Assembly (NCBI GenBank): GCA_963845185.1
Contig: CAWJRG010000005.1
Span: forward strand, 704,001-768,000
Direction: 5' to 3'
DNA: 64,000 bases
Source of the DNA: an uncultured bacterium
GTDB taxonomy: Bacteria > Oederibacteriota > PGYV01 > CAWJRG01
The position numbers were made by a program, and so were the translations under genes. This document shows positions 9,877 to 20,054 of this stretch, piece after piece (the first letter of the stretch is position 1; the number at the start of each line of letters is the position of its first letter). The notes beneath the pieces were generated by a model that saw nothing but the letters and a program-made list of their open reading frames with translations, was not told the origin of the DNA and searched no databases.

Positions 9877-9952
9877 TGGCTCCCCGGGCAGGACTCGAAC
9901 CTGCGGCACGGTGGTTAACAGCCACCTGCTCTACCAACTGAGCTACCAGGGA
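9877..9952 (-). tRNA. tRNA-Asn(GTT)
   Basis: Cloverleaf: TCCCTGG/CCGGGGA acceptor, GGTGG-CTGTTAA-CCACC anticodon arm, GTTCGAGTC T-loop, encoded CCA. Confidence 0.97.
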
Positions 9953-10057
9953 ACCTGTTATTTGCTGTTGGCTGACTATTTTTTAGCACAATAAAATACA
10001 AAAGTCAATATTTTAAAGGCTTCCATGGGATTTCCTATAAACCTTTTTCTTATCAAA

Positions 10058-10091
10058 TAAAAAAAGCGCGGGGTATAACCGCGCTTTTTTT
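10058..10091. terminator. Intrinsic terminator
   Basis: AAAAAAAGCGCGG-loop-CCGCGCTTTTTTT. Confidence 0.75.
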
Positions 10092-10105
10092 ATTGCAATA
10101 ATTGC

Positions 10106-10282
10106 TTATTTTGTTGTAGCTGCAGGTGTTGTTTTTGGTTTTTTTACTTTTTTTGTCTTTTTGTGCTTTTTGACTTTTGCTGTGCTTGCCTTTGCATTTG
10201 CTCCTGTCGTTGTTGCCGGCTCAGCCGCAAAGACTGAAACCGAGAACAGGGCAATCAGGATAACCGCGAGAATTTTCTTCAT
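10106..10282 (-). CDS. Small secreted Lys/Thr-rich protein (58 aa, not in ORF track)
   Basis: GGAGG RBS; MKKILAVILIALFSVSVFA-AEPATTTGANAKASTAKVKKHKKTKKVKKPKTTPAATTK; followed by terminator. Confidence 0.8.
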   Translation of the reverse strand: MKKILAVILIALFSVSVFAAEPATTTGANAKASTAKVKKHKKTKKVKKPKTTPAATTK

Positions 10283-10456
10283 TTAATACACCTCCTCTCA
10301 TAATTAATTTATTTAATATTTGGATTAGTTAAAAGGATTTTATCATATTTACAGCCTGTTGGCAAATCTTATTTTATATATATTTTGGCGCATAATCTTA
10401 ATTTAAATTCCCATTTGCCTGCATAAAACCGCTTTTTTGCCGGTTACCACTAATGC

Positions 10457-10484
10457 TTGACAATATATTTGCTTCTGCTATCAT
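10457..10484 (+). promoter_or_regulatory. sigma70-type promoter
   Basis: TTGACA-N16-TATCAT; homologous TTGACA-N16-TATTAT at 11015-11042. Confidence 0.6.
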
Positions 10485-10538
10485 TTTTTAAGTTGTATTT
10501 CAGATATATATGTTCAAACAGGCTAAAAGGAGGCTGCA

Positions 10539-10931
10539 ATGAAAAAGATTTTTGTGGTATTTATTATTGCTCTGCTTGTCTTTTCAATAGGATGCAGTTC
10601 TAAGAAAAGTTCTTCATCGCCTTCGGCAACAATTGTTGTTTCGGCTATTGTTGGTACAACCGCGCAATCCGTTGTCATAACAACAAGTTCCGGGCCGGTT
10701 ACCGATGCAACAGTAAAAATTAATGGCTCAATCCTTCCGCTCGTTTCTGCAGGCACAGGCGGCTATGGCGCAACATTTCTATTTGGATCAGGCGTTTCTA
10801 TAAGTTTAAGTATTACTTCCCCTGAAGGAAACGCAAGTGCCTCAGGGACTATACCTTTTTCAGCCGGGCAAACCAGCGTCCCTGTTTCCGGTGCAATGAA
10901 TGGCTCGACTATGACATTGTCAAATCCCTAA
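10539..10931 (+). CDS. Lipoprotein, Ig-like/carboxypeptidase-regulatory-like; paralog 1
   Basis: Lipobox SIGC; V.DATV.ING; similar to the next gene. Confidence 0.8.
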   Translation: MKKIFVVFIIALLVFSIGCSSKKSSSSPSATIVVSAIVGTTAQSVVITTSSGPVTDATVKINGSILPLVSAGTGGYGATFLFGSGVSISLSITSPEGNASASGTIPFSAGQTSVPVSGAMNGSTMTLSNP

Positions 10932-11210
10932 GAATAAGCAATATTTTATTTTATATTACGCGGAAAATTTCTATTTGCCGGTATAAAACCATGTTTCATT
11001 TCAAATATTATTGCTTGACAAATAAATTTTCCATGTTATTATTATCAATGTATCTAAGTTTTATATGTTTAGGCAGGCAAAAGGAGGGCAACCTGCAGTG
11101 GATAAACTTAAAATCAAACAAAGAAACACGAATTTGAAATTATTTAATTAAGCATTCTAAAATTAAGTGAGTAAAGCATTAAATTTAAAAAATTCTAAAA
11201 GGAGGTTAAA

Positions 11211-11618
11211 ATGAAAAAGTTTTTAGTGGTTTTTGTTATCGTTCTTCTTGTTTTTTCAGTAGGATGCAGCAGTAAGAAAAACTCGACATCGCCATCAACA
11301 CCGACATCGCAGGTTGCTGTTGTGGCTATGGTCGGTACCACCATGCAAATCGTTGCTGTTGTGGACAAAAACGGAAATCCAATAAGCAATGCTACAGTGA
11401 CGATTAATGGTAATAATGTTCCAGCCTATTCTTCAGTTCCGGGCGATTATGAGTCAACAATGACATTTTCGGCCGGCCAGGCAATAAGTTTAAAGGTTTC
11501 GTCATCCGGGAACCAGGATGCAACTGCTTCAGGTAATATCCCTGCTTCAGCGGGAAGTACCAATGTTAATATTTCCGGCGCAATAACTGGTTCGTATATG
11601 ACATTGTCAAACCCATAA
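11211..11618 (+). CDS. Lipoprotein, paralog 2
   Basis: Lipobox SVGC; ISNATVTING; same C-terminus MTLSNP. Confidence 0.8.
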   Translation: MKKFLVVFVIVLLVFSVGCSSKKNSTSPSTPTSQVAVVAMVGTTMQIVAVVDKNGNPISNATVTINGNNVPAYSSVPGDYESTMTFSAGQAISLKVSSSGNQDATASGNIPASAGSTNVNISGAITGSYMTLSNP

Positions 11619-11785
11619 GAACGGGCAATATTTAATTTTATATTGCGTAGATAAATTCCCGGCGTTGGTTATGCTTCCGCCGGAAATTTTTTTTTATTAA
11701 AATCACGATTTTAAAAATCCGTATAGTCGTATATATTGTGGCGGATGTGGTTCACTCATCCTGTTTGCTTTTTAGGTGGATTTAA

Positions 11786-12868
11786 ATGCAAAAAATTATT
11801 TTTATTTCCTTCTTAATAATGGTTTTTTCAGCCCTGATTGTAGTATGCACTGTTAAAATAAGGACAAAAAAAGAAGTTGCAGTAATTGCCCCTGACAATC
11901 CTTATATCCTTTACACAGGCAGGATTGATTTTACAAACCTAAAAGCCCCGCGCTTTGACTGGCCCGGTATTTTAATACAGGCAAATTTCGACGGCACGCT
12001 CGCCGGCATAATATTGGAGGACAAAGGGAACGATTACAGTGTTTTTATTGACGGCTCGCAGATGAAAAATCTGCGGGCAAAACGCGGCACCCATACTTAT
12101 ATTATTGCGGAGAACTTAAAACCCGGCAGCCATTCCCTTCTTATAACAAAACGCACCGAGGGTTATGACGGCCTGGTTGTCTTTCACGGCCTGGTTGTCG
12201 CAAAAGGCGCGAAACTCCTTCCTCCTCCCGAAAGGCCAAAAAGAAAAATTGAATTCATAGGCGACTCGCTCACTGTAGGTTTCGGTATTGAAGGCCCCGG
12301 AGTAAAATGCAGCGAGGAGCGAAAATACAAAAATAATTATCTTGCTTTTGGCCCTGTAGCCGCGCGCGACCTTAATGCTGAATGCCACGTGGAAGCAATA
12401 TCAGGCAGGGGTGTTGTGAGAAACTGGGCTGAAAAGGGCAAGACATCAAAAGACCCCTTGCCTTTTTATTTTGACAGGACATGCCAGAACGACCCGAATC
12501 TAAAATGGGATTTTAAGTCCTGGATCCCTGACGTTGTGGTCATAAACCTCGGAGCCAACGACTTTTCAACCGAGCCAAAGCCGGACAAGGATGTTTTTAT
12601 AAGCGAATATCTTAAGCTCATAAAAACAATAAGGGGAAAATATAAAAACGCCGATATTTTCTGCGTGCTCGGGCCGGTTCAGCAGGCTCCTTTTTATGAA
12701 TACATGGATGAAATACTTTCGCGTGTAAATGACAAGAAAGTGCACAAAGCTGTCATGAGCCCTGTCCCCCAGGACGAACTTGGATGCGACTGGCATCCAA
12801 ACGCCAGGGCAAACAAAAAAATGGCTGGCGAGCTTGTAAAACAGATGAAAGAAACCCTCGGCTGGTAA
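11786..12868 (+). CDS. SGNH/GDSL esterase, carbohydrate esterase family 2-like
   Basis: YTGR..., WPG, KRTE, IEFIGDSLT.G.G, A.SG.G, INLGAND, DWHP. Confidence 0.88.
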   Translation: MQKIIFISFLIMVFSALIVVCTVKIRTKKEVAVIAPDNPYILYTGRIDFTNLKAPRFDWPGILIQANFDGTLAGIILEDKGNDYSVFIDGSQMKNLRAKRGTHTYIIAENLKPGSHSLLITKRTEGYDGLVVFHGLVVAKGAKLLPPPERPKRKIEFIGDSLTVGFGIEGPGVKCSEERKYKNNYLAFGPVAARDLNAECHVEAISGRGVVRNWAEKGKTSKDPLPFYFDRTCQNDPNLKWDFKSWIPDVVVINLGANDFSTEPKPDKDVFISEYLKLIKTIRGKYKNADIFCVLGPVQQAPFYEYMDEILSRVNDKKVHKAVMSPVPQDELGCDWHPNARANKKMAGELVKQMKETLGW

Positions 12869-12875
12869 AATCCGG

Positions 12876-13463
12876 ATGGTAAAAAACAAAAAACTTTTTT
12901 ATCTTTTCCTTTTCATGATAGAGCCGCTGCTTGTCTTGATTGCATTTGTTATTTTTGTTTTTCAAAAGAAGCCTTTTATGCCGATTTTCGCCTCCAATCT
13001 CAACCCTGTTTTGCAATTGGCCATTGGCTGCGCTTCCGGTTTATTGATAACAGTTCCGTGTGTTTACATATACAGCAATAAATTTTTTTCTGATGTTATG
13101 GGTATTTTCGTGGATTTGATAGCCGGGTTCAGCCTAAATACTCTGGATTTTATCATAATCTCAATTACAGCCGGGGTCTGTGAGGAAATACTTTTCCGCG
13201 CAACGCTTCAGCCCATTATCGGCATATGGCTCAGCTCTTTTATCTTTATTCTTTTGCACGGGTATTTTAATCCCACGAACCGGAAAATTTTGCTGTTTGG
13301 CCTGATAATGTTTGCCATAAGTTTGCTTATCGGGTGTGCTTACAAATGGGTTGGGCTTTTTGCTGCAATCGGCTTTCATTTTTCTTACGATTTCCGCGTG
13401 TTCCGGCTTGTCTCATCACTTATTAACAGCAAAAAGGATTTAACCCCGGAAAACCCTGCATGA
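12876..13463 (+). CDS. CPBP family intramembrane metalloprotease
   Basis: EEILFR, F...H, H..YD motifs. Confidence 0.85.
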   Translation: MVKNKKLFYLFLFMIEPLLVLIAFVIFVFQKKPFMPIFASNLNPVLQLAIGCASGLLITVPCVYIYSNKFFSDVMGIFVDLIAGFSLNTLDFIIISITAGVCEEILFRATLQPIIGIWLSSFIFILLHGYFNPTNRKILLFGLIMFAISLLIGCAYKWVGLFAAIGFHFSYDFRVFRLVSSLINSKKDLTPENPA

Positions 13464-13482
13464 GTTAACCAGCTGGCGCTGC

Positions 13483-13980
13483 TTATTCTCCATATTTTTT
13501 TCTCATGAACAAATCCCCTCTTATGTTCTTGATTCTGTCTATGAATAATATTCCGTCCAGATGGTCTATTTCATGCTGGATGACAACAGCCTCAAAGCCG
13601 GATGTGTTTAATGCCTGCTCCCTGCCTTTTATATTGATGAATTTGACTTTTATGCTGTCCGCCCGCTCGACATTGCCGGTATAATCAGGTACGCTCAGGC
13701 AACCCTCCCTGTTTATGACCGCGCCTGAATAATCCAGTACCACGGGGTTTATCATAACAAGCAGCCCGTTTTTTTCAGTTGCTTTTTTATGTCCCGAGAC
13801 GTCAACGATAACTATTCTTTTTAATTCTCCTACCTGCGGCGCTGCTATGCCTACGCACCCTTTATTTGCGTACATGGTAAGCTGCAGCTGGCTTATGAAA
13901 TCACTGGTTTTATCGCTGAAAATTTTTATTTCTTCTGATTTTTCCCTCAATATGGCATCCGGGAAAAACAGGACCCTCAC
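13483..13980 (-). CDS. def: Peptide deformylase
   Basis: GIAAPQVG, EGCLS, QHEIDHLDG. Confidence 0.95.
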   Translation of the reverse strand: MRVLFFPDAILREKSEEIKIFSDKTSDFISQLQLTMYANKGCVGIAAPQVGELKRIVIVDVSGHKKATEKNGLLVMINPVVLDYSGAVINREGCLSVPDYTGNVERADSIKVKFINIKGREQALNTSGFEAVVIQHEIDHLDGILFIDRIKNIRGDLFMRKKYGE

Positions 13981-14522
13981 AATATGCTGCTCTCCATCTT
14001 GTTTATATTTACGTGCACGCCTATTTTCCGTCCCGCGTCTTTTAATTCGCGCTCAAGCATGTTAATGTCAAGCCCCAGCGGTATGGCAACCTCGAGTATC
14101 ATATAATAAGCGGCCGGTTCCACCTTTTGCGAACTTTTTGTTTCAAGGTCTATTATGTTCACGCCGTTCTTGTAAAGTATTCCCGTCATTGTTTTTACTA
14201 TTCCCGGCCTGTCCGCGCCTGAAATTGATATAATATACGAGTTGCCTTCTTCCTTATATTCTATCATTTCCTTTTCGGTGATATTACTTATCTCCACGGC
14301 CATGGAAAATTTTTTCATGAAAGCCTGCAGCTCTTTGTTGAGTTTTTTCTTTTCCGGCCTTTCCTGGTTTGAAAGAAGCATTACGACGGAAAAAGTGTGC
14401 CTGAGCATGAGCATGGCAGAGTCCTCAATGTTGAAATTGTGCTTTTTTAAAATCTTCGAAAGATTAAATACTATCCCTTTCCTGTCAACTCCGCCTGCAA
14501 TAAGCAAAAAATAATTTTTCAT
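13977..14522 (-). CDS. Tandem ACT-domain protein (GcvR-like)
   Basis: G.DRKGIV and GADRPGIV, NI.D motifs. Confidence 0.85.
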   Translation of the reverse strand: MKNYFLLIAGGVDRKGIVFNLSKILKKHNFNIEDSAMLMLRHTFSVVMLLSNQERPEKKKLNKELQAFMKKFSMAVEISNITEKEMIEYKEEGNSYIISISGADRPGIVKTMTGILYKNGVNIIDLETKSSQKVEPAAYYMILEVAIPLGLDINMLERELKDAGRKIGVHVNINKMESSIL

Positions 14523-14573
14523 GATATCCTCCTATGTATAGCGCTCATTTCGCTGTAATTTAACTCTTATAAA

Positions 14574-14630
14574 ACCCCTCTTATCCCCTTTATTAAAGGG
14601 GATGTAAATACCTCCTCCTTAACAAGGGAG
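14574..14630. repeat. REP-like palindrome pair (family C)
   Basis: CCCCTTTATTAAAGGGG and CTCCTTAACAAGGGAG; relatives at 48971-48990 and 55408-55466. Confidence 0.6.
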
Positions 14631-14632
14631 AT

Positions 14633-14710
14633 AAATAGTCCTGTGGACTATTTAACGGGTTGTTTCCATAAGTTATTATAATATAAAAACCACCCCTTGC
14701 GTGGTACTAT
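14633..14710. repeat. Intergenic repeat family A copy 1
   Basis: AAATAGTCC-TGT-GGACTATTT-AACGGGT.GTTTCCATAAG...; copies at 36465 and 57160. Confidence 0.8.
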
Positions 14711-14718
14711 TTTATATT

Positions 14719-17700
14719 TTATTTCCCCGGCGTCGGCGTAGCCCTTGAAGCGCTTTTATCCTGTCCCCAGCCCGGGAAATTCAGGTGTGTCTCTATTCCG
14801 TAATAATCAGGCATAAGGGAAAAGCCCACTCCCGGCGCGAACGTCTTGGAAATTATGAATTTTTTTGTCGCGTCGATTGAGTATTCAGCGGAAAATGACT
14901 GTTCCAGATTCCACCCGCTTGGTGTCTGGATGCCGAGAAGGGGGCTGTCTGTCAACTTTAAATTGTAACCCACGTATAACTTTTCCATGAAATATTTTCC
15001 CATATCGAGTTCAATCTCGGTTGGTTCAGACGACTTTAAAACCGTGTTTGAAACCGCGTTTGGCCCTGATTTTGTGTTGTCGCCGCTGAAAAAATTCTTA
15101 AGGCCTTTTAACTTTATGCCGAATACATCTACAGGCACAATCTTTTTAACAGCGTTGCTTATGGCCGGCTGTTTCACGAGGAAATTGCCAACTGCGTCAA
15201 CAGCCTTGTTAATGTCTTCCTGCTTTACCATGCTTCCGGAATCCATGTCCCTGCCGAAAGTCATTATGTAAAAAAGCCTGTTTTTTTCAAACGGCGGGTC
15301 CGAGGAAACATCTATATTTATATTGCCGGGCCTGCCGAAGGAATGAAGGTTTACGGTTATATCCGTGCTTTTGTAGGCGACGGTCCCGTCAGGCTGCTTA
15401 ATATCAGCGCCGTTGGGGTCGGTTTGCCTCATATCAACGCCGCTTATTGAGGTAGTCATATAAACGTCCATTAAAGGTATCCTGCCGCCGTCAAAAATTA
15501 TTTTTGATTCTTTCGTACTGTCAATGGTAAAATCTGTATTTACATATTTGTATGTGCCTCTCACTATTTCTATTTCGCCCGTAATACCGAGTTCGTCGCC
15601 CCGGCCCTTGAGATAAAGGCCTTTATCCTTTGTTTTCATGTTGACCTCGGTCGAGTCGTTGTAGAAATAAACGTTTTCCCCGGAGTAAACAGCCACATCC
15701 CAGTTAATCTTATTCACGATACTGTCGCCGGGCTTGCTTGTTTCTGTTTTTTGCTGGCTCATTTTGGGCGGATATGTCACCCTTGCGTCGGAAAATTTCA
15801 TTGTGCCTTTTACGTCAGGCCCTTCCAGGGGCCCTGTTATTGCAAGGTCAAGGTCTGCATTGCCTTCCAAAAATTCCATTTCCGGGGTATTTGAAAACAC
15901 GGCTTTATCGCCTATATTATTCAGTTTCCAGTTGACGCTGTATACCTGCATGCCCTTTAAAAGGCCGCCGTTTCCTTCCGTCAGGTTTTTAATCTGCAGC
16001 GTTCCTCTTTTTGTGTCGCCTTTTAAATTATATATATCGATAACATTGTCCTTTATTAATATGTTTGCGTAAACATGTTCCAGGCTGCCGAATAAGTATT
16101 TTAACTTCAATCGCCCGTCTGTTACGTCCATCTTGCCGCTTACCTCGGGAAATTCGGGAGTTCCTTTTATTGATAATTCAGCCTCGGTCACGCCTGAGGC
16201 GTCGTCAACCCATGTAAGAAATTTAAGTATCGACAGGTCGCCCCCTTTTAGCGAAGCGTTTACATCCATTGGTGCGCCTTTAAGCTTTTCAGCGCCTTCC
16301 TTTGAAACAGGCGCAGGTATCTTGCCCGAAATATCCAGCTCATATTTCCCAGCTTTCGAAAGTATAAGGTTTTGAACCGGCGAAAGGTCTACCCAGTCGT
16401 TCTTAAACATAATCAAGCCGCTGCAAATGTCAAAATCAACATTGTCAACCGTGCCGTTTGCAATTTTCATGTCTATCGTGTATGCCGGTTTCTGCATGTT
16501 GCCGGAAACTTTTATCGCGCCGCTTAAAGTTCCTTTCCATGAGTGGCCCCAGCCGAGAAGGTCGTTTGCAGCCTGCGGGTCCATGTTGGTTACTTCCGCG
16601 GTCAGGTCTGAATCCCCCTTGCTTTTATTCAAAGTTCCCTTTATATTGACCGTTTCAGCGCCGAACCTGTCCTTTATGACAAATTCCTTGAAAAAAATGC
16701 TGTCTTTGGCTATTTTCAGATCGGCTTTCAGGTCGCCTTTGCCTTTTCGTGTTTCTGCGGTCAGTTCGTCGTCGTTATAATTGACTTTTATCATGAACGG
16801 TTTAAAATTGTAATTTTTAAAAACAAAATTATCCGATTCCGCCGAACCGTCTATAAAAAGATTTTTATAGTTTGATATCCTCCCGTAAAAATTAAGCGTC
16901 CCGTTGAGCCTGTTACCCTGGAGGTTAAAATCCTTCATATCGGCCTTTAAAGTAGCGTAATAATCATTTTTGTCTTTTATCTCAAGGCTTGAATCCCCCA
17001 TATTGAGGTATGAGTTTTTATAATTAAGCGCGCCTTTTTTCAGCGTTATTTTTTTATTGCCGATGGCGTACTGTATGTCAACACTGTCGTAAGGTGTGTC
17101 GAATATTTTTCCGGATGTCAAAAGCATCTCGCCGTCACCTGACAGGTTTTCAGCCTGGCCTTTCAGAGTGCCTGACGCGTTTACTTTGCCGGTGCCGTCG
17201 AAATTCTCGTCAAAAATATAAACAAAATCTCTTGCAGATAAGTTGTTTGCGTCATAGCTTAAATCGACCCTGTTCAGTTTGTAAAAAATACCGTCTTTCT
17301 TAAGGCTTACTTCACCCGTGCTTTTCAAAATGCCTTCCTGCTGTGATAATGTCAGGGAAACCGCCGCGTTATCAAGCCCGCCTTCAACCTTGACCAGTGC
17401 CTTTATTATGCTGGTGCTGTCGAGCGGCTTGTCCCTTAGGTTTAAAATCGAGTACAGCGGGTACAGGTCGGCATTGTTTGCGCGCGCAAGCATATTTATC
17501 TTCGGGCTGTCGCCTCCGGTAATTTTGCCCGTGATGCTGTACTCCTCCCCCCACAAAAGCGAAAAAGTGGATAAATCCTTGTTTTCATTATTAAGTTCAA
17601 CGTCAAGGTCGGCCATTTTCTTTCCGTTAAAATAAATGTCCTTGATTCCGGCTTTAAGCATGCCGAGGTTTGGGTTTCCGGCGAATGCGGCGTCCGCGGA

Positions 17701-20037
17701 TCCGGAAAAAGTGGCTTTAACCGAAAGCCTGTTGTTTATTTTATAATCCTGCATCGTGCCGTTAATTAATAATCCTATATTTTCCCCGTTTTTTACCGAG
17801 CACGACCCGCTTGCTTTTAAAAAACCTCCCGACTGCTTTATGTATATTTTATTTATAGCAAACTCGTCCTTGTCGCCTTTAATGTCTATGCTGGCCTTTC
17901 TATAAACACTGTTTTGGTAAACGGCGTCAAGTAGCACGCTGCCGGCGTACCCGGTGCTTTCTTTTTTTATGACAGTGCTGCCGTTTATTACGCTGTTTTC
18001 AAAAAATTTCAGCTTTGTAATTTCATTTATTATATTTCCCTTGAAATTTTGCATCCCGATTTCCATGTCGAACAGCTTCTTGTTGACTGAAAAATTGCCT
18101 TTTGCATGAAGCTGGTTGCCGAAATCAAATTCGTTGAGGGTTATCGTATTTTCCGCGTAAGCGCCTTGGGCATCAAGCTTGTAATGTTCCCCTCTTACAG
18201 TTACCGGCATTTTATCGATTGTAAAGCTGATTTCAGGCGCGTCTGTTGTGCCGCGTATGGAAATTCCGCCTTTTAAAGCAGCGTCAAGCTGCTTGTCCTT
18301 TAAATAATCAATATCCAGGTTTGAAAGTAGTATTTTATCGAAACCGGCGTCAATGCCCAGTTTTTTGCCGGCAAATGCATAATTACCCGTTGCTTTAAAC
18401 ATTTTGTTTTCCTTGTCAAAAAGCGTAAAATCCGATATTGAAAACCCGTCTTTTGTTTTCAGTATTCCCGTCTTGAGCTCAAGGCCCTTATATTTATTGC
18501 TGTCAAACCTGACAATTCCGGTTATCTTATCCTTGGCCATACTGAATTCGCCTCTAAAATTTTTGACGTTTAAACCTGACAGGTTCGCTGCTCCCGAAGA
18601 AATGCTGGCCTTTATTCTTAAATCCTCTGTGCTGCCTCCTATTTTTATTCCCGCGTCAAGCGCGCCTTTAAAATCGGTTCTGCTGAAAACCTGCCCGATT
18701 TTCGCCCCTGTGATATTAATCGCGACCGATGATTTTCCCGCGCCTTTTTTTAGAAATATTTTCCCGTTTCCCGTACCATTGCCTTCAGCCAAATATCCCT
18801 TTATCTTATTTATATTCAATATGCCGGATTTATAGTTGAACTCGCTTTCCAGGTCCTTTATTGGCATGCCGCGCAGCGAGCCTGAATCCCATATCAGGTT
18901 TCCCGCAATTTCGGGTTTTTCTTTATCGCCCTTGACTGACAAAGTTCCCCTCACGCCGCCCTTAAAGTTATCGCTGCTGATTTTTTCAGTATCTATGTTA
19001 TTAAAGGCGAGGGTCGCGTTGAATTCCATCTTTTTGAAAACATCTCCCGCTTCACCCTTGATGGATCCTGTCCCGCCAAAAACCGAAAAATCCGTGCTTT
19101 TCGTTTCAACTTTGTTATTTTTCAGGAAAACAACGCTGCTGATATCTGAAATTATCGTGCCGTTTAAAAATTTTATTACTCCGTCTTCTATTTTCAGCGT
19201 GCCGCTCAGGTTCATCTCCGCAGGGTTAAAACTGCTGCCGCCGGCTGTTAAATTCGTTGTAAGCATGCCTTTTTCAACCTGGTATCCGCCTGTGGGCGCG
19301 AGGTAGCTTCCCCATTGGTTCATATCCGCCCTGTCAATTGTTAATGCGCCTTTATAATCATTTTTTATGAAAGAATATTTATAACTAAAAGCCAGGTTGT
19401 TCTGCTTTCCGCTGTTTGTGGTTCCGTTTAAATTTATATAAAGGGAGTCGGGCACTCTTTTATAATCTTTCAAAAAAATTGTGCCTTTTATATTGCCTAT
19501 TGTGCCGAAAAATTTCCTGTCTTTGTCTTCGTATATTATTTTGCCGTCTTCGATGAAAAGCCTGTTTATGGGGAGCGGAAGCATGTGCTTTGGGGTTTGC
19601 TGGTTAGTGTTCTTATTTCCGAAATTCAGGGTGCTTATGAATTTACCTAGGTTGAATTCGCCGTTTTCTCTTTTTAAAAATACGGTTGGTGAGTGGATGA
19701 TTATTTGGGATAATGTTTTGTCTATTTCGGTTTTCCTGAAAATATAATCCATCAGGTTATATCTTATGGCAATGCTTTTTATAGCAACAAAATCCCCGCC
19801 ATGCCCCGAAGTGCGTTCCACCGGTATGGCTATATCCTTTATTGTTATGTTGTCGATAAATCCCAGCTCTATTTTACCGATGCGGATATTCTTGCCCGTG
19901 ATGCTCATTATTTCCGAGACTGCGTAATCCCTTGCGTAATCGGTAAAAATCCCGGTTTTAAAAGCCACGATTAGGCACCCGGCAAAAACAAGTAATAAAA
20001 GAAGTAATATTATAAAGAAACTTTTAATGATTCTCAT
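14719..20037 (-). CDS. tamB: Translocation/assembly module TamB (AsmA-like) protein
   Basis: N-terminal TM anchor, 1772-aa beta-taenia-like repeats (G....P.I.G), DUF490-like C-terminal region. Confidence 0.8.
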   Translation of the reverse strand: MRIIKSFFIILLLLLLVFAGCLIVAFKTGIFTDYARDYAVSEIMSITGKNIRIGKIELGFIDNITIKDIAIPVERTSGHGGDFVAIKSIAIRYNLMDYIFRKTEIDKTLSQIIIHSPTVFLKRENGEFNLGKFISTLNFGNKNTNQQTPKHMLPLPINRLFIEDGKIIYEDKDRKFFGTIGNIKGTIFLKDYKRVPDSLYINLNGTTNSGKQNNLAFSYKYSFIKNDYKGALTIDRADMNQWGSYLAPTGGYQVEKGMLTTNLTAGGSSFNPAEMNLSGTLKIEDGVIKFLNGTIISDISSVVFLKNNKVETKSTDFSVFGGTGSIKGEAGDVFKKMEFNATLAFNNIDTEKISSDNFKGGVRGTLSVKGDKEKPEIAGNLIWDSGSLRGMPIKDLESEFNYKSGILNINKIKGYLAEGNGTGNGKIFLKKGAGKSSVAINITGAKIGQVFSRTDFKGALDAGIKIGGSTEDLRIKASISSGAANLSGLNVKNFRGEFSMAKDKITGIVRFDSNKYKGLELKTGILKTKDGFSISDFTLFDKENKMFKATGNYAFAGKKLGIDAGFDKILLSNLDIDYLKDKQLDAALKGGISIRGTTDAPEISFTIDKMPVTVRGEHYKLDAQGAYAENTITLNEFDFGNQLHAKGNFSVNKKLFDMEIGMQNFKGNIINEITKLKFFENSVINGSTVIKKESTGYAGSVLLDAVYQNSVYRKASIDIKGDKDEFAINKIYIKQSGGFLKASGSCSVKNGENIGLLINGTMQDYKINNRLSVKATFSGSADAAFAGNPNLGMLKAGIKDIYFNGKKMADLDVELNNENKDLSTFSLLWGEEYSITGKITGGDSPKINMLARANNADLYPLYSILNLRDKPLDSTSIIKALVKVEGGLDNAAVSLTLSQQEGILKSTGEVSLKKDGIFYKLNRVDLSYDANNLSARDFVYIFDENFDGTGKVNASGTLKGQAENLSGDGEMLLTSGKIFDTPYDSVDIQYAIGNKKITLKKGALNYKNSYLNMGDSSLEIKDKNDYYATLKADMKDFNLQGNRLNGTLNFYGRISNYKNLFIDGSAESDNFVFKNYNFKPFMIKVNYNDDELTAETRKGKGDLKADLKIAKDSIFFKEFVIKDRFGAETVNIKGTLNKSKGDSDLTAEVTNMDPQAANDLLGWGHSWKGTLSGAIKVSGNMQKPAYTIDMKIANGTVDNVDFDICSGLIMFKNDWVDLSPVQNLILSKAGKYELDISGKIPAPVSKEGAEKLKGAPMDVNASLKGGDLSILKFLTWVDDASGVTEAELSIKGTPEFPEVSGKMDVTDGRLKLKYLFGSLEHVYANILIKDNVIDIYNLKGDTKRGTLQIKNLTEGNGGLLKGMQVYSVNWKLNNIGDKAVFSNTPEMEFLEGNADLDLAITGPLEGPDVKGTMKFSDARVTYPPKMSQQKTETSKPGDSIVNKINWDVAVYSGENVYFYNDSTEVNMKTKDKGLYLKGRGDELGITGEIEIVRGTYKYVNTDFTIDSTKESKIIFDGGRIPLMDVYMTTSISGVDMRQTDPNGADIKQPDGTVAYKSTDITVNLHSFGRPGNINIDVSSDPPFEKNRLFYIMTFGRDMDSGSMVKQEDINKAVDAVGNFLVKQPAISNAVKKIVPVDVFGIKLKGLKNFFSGDNTKSGPNAVSNTVLKSSEPTEIELDMGKYFMEKLYVGYNLKLTDSPLLGIQTPSGWNLEQSFSAEYSIDATKKFIISKTFAPGVGFSLMPDYYGIETHLNFPGWGQDKSASRATPTPGK

Positions 20038-20054
20038 GGTATACCGGCTGGTTT

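Noticed and set aside
9740..9937. 65-aa ORF
   Set aside because: Overlaps tRNA-Asn and its terminator; shadow ORF
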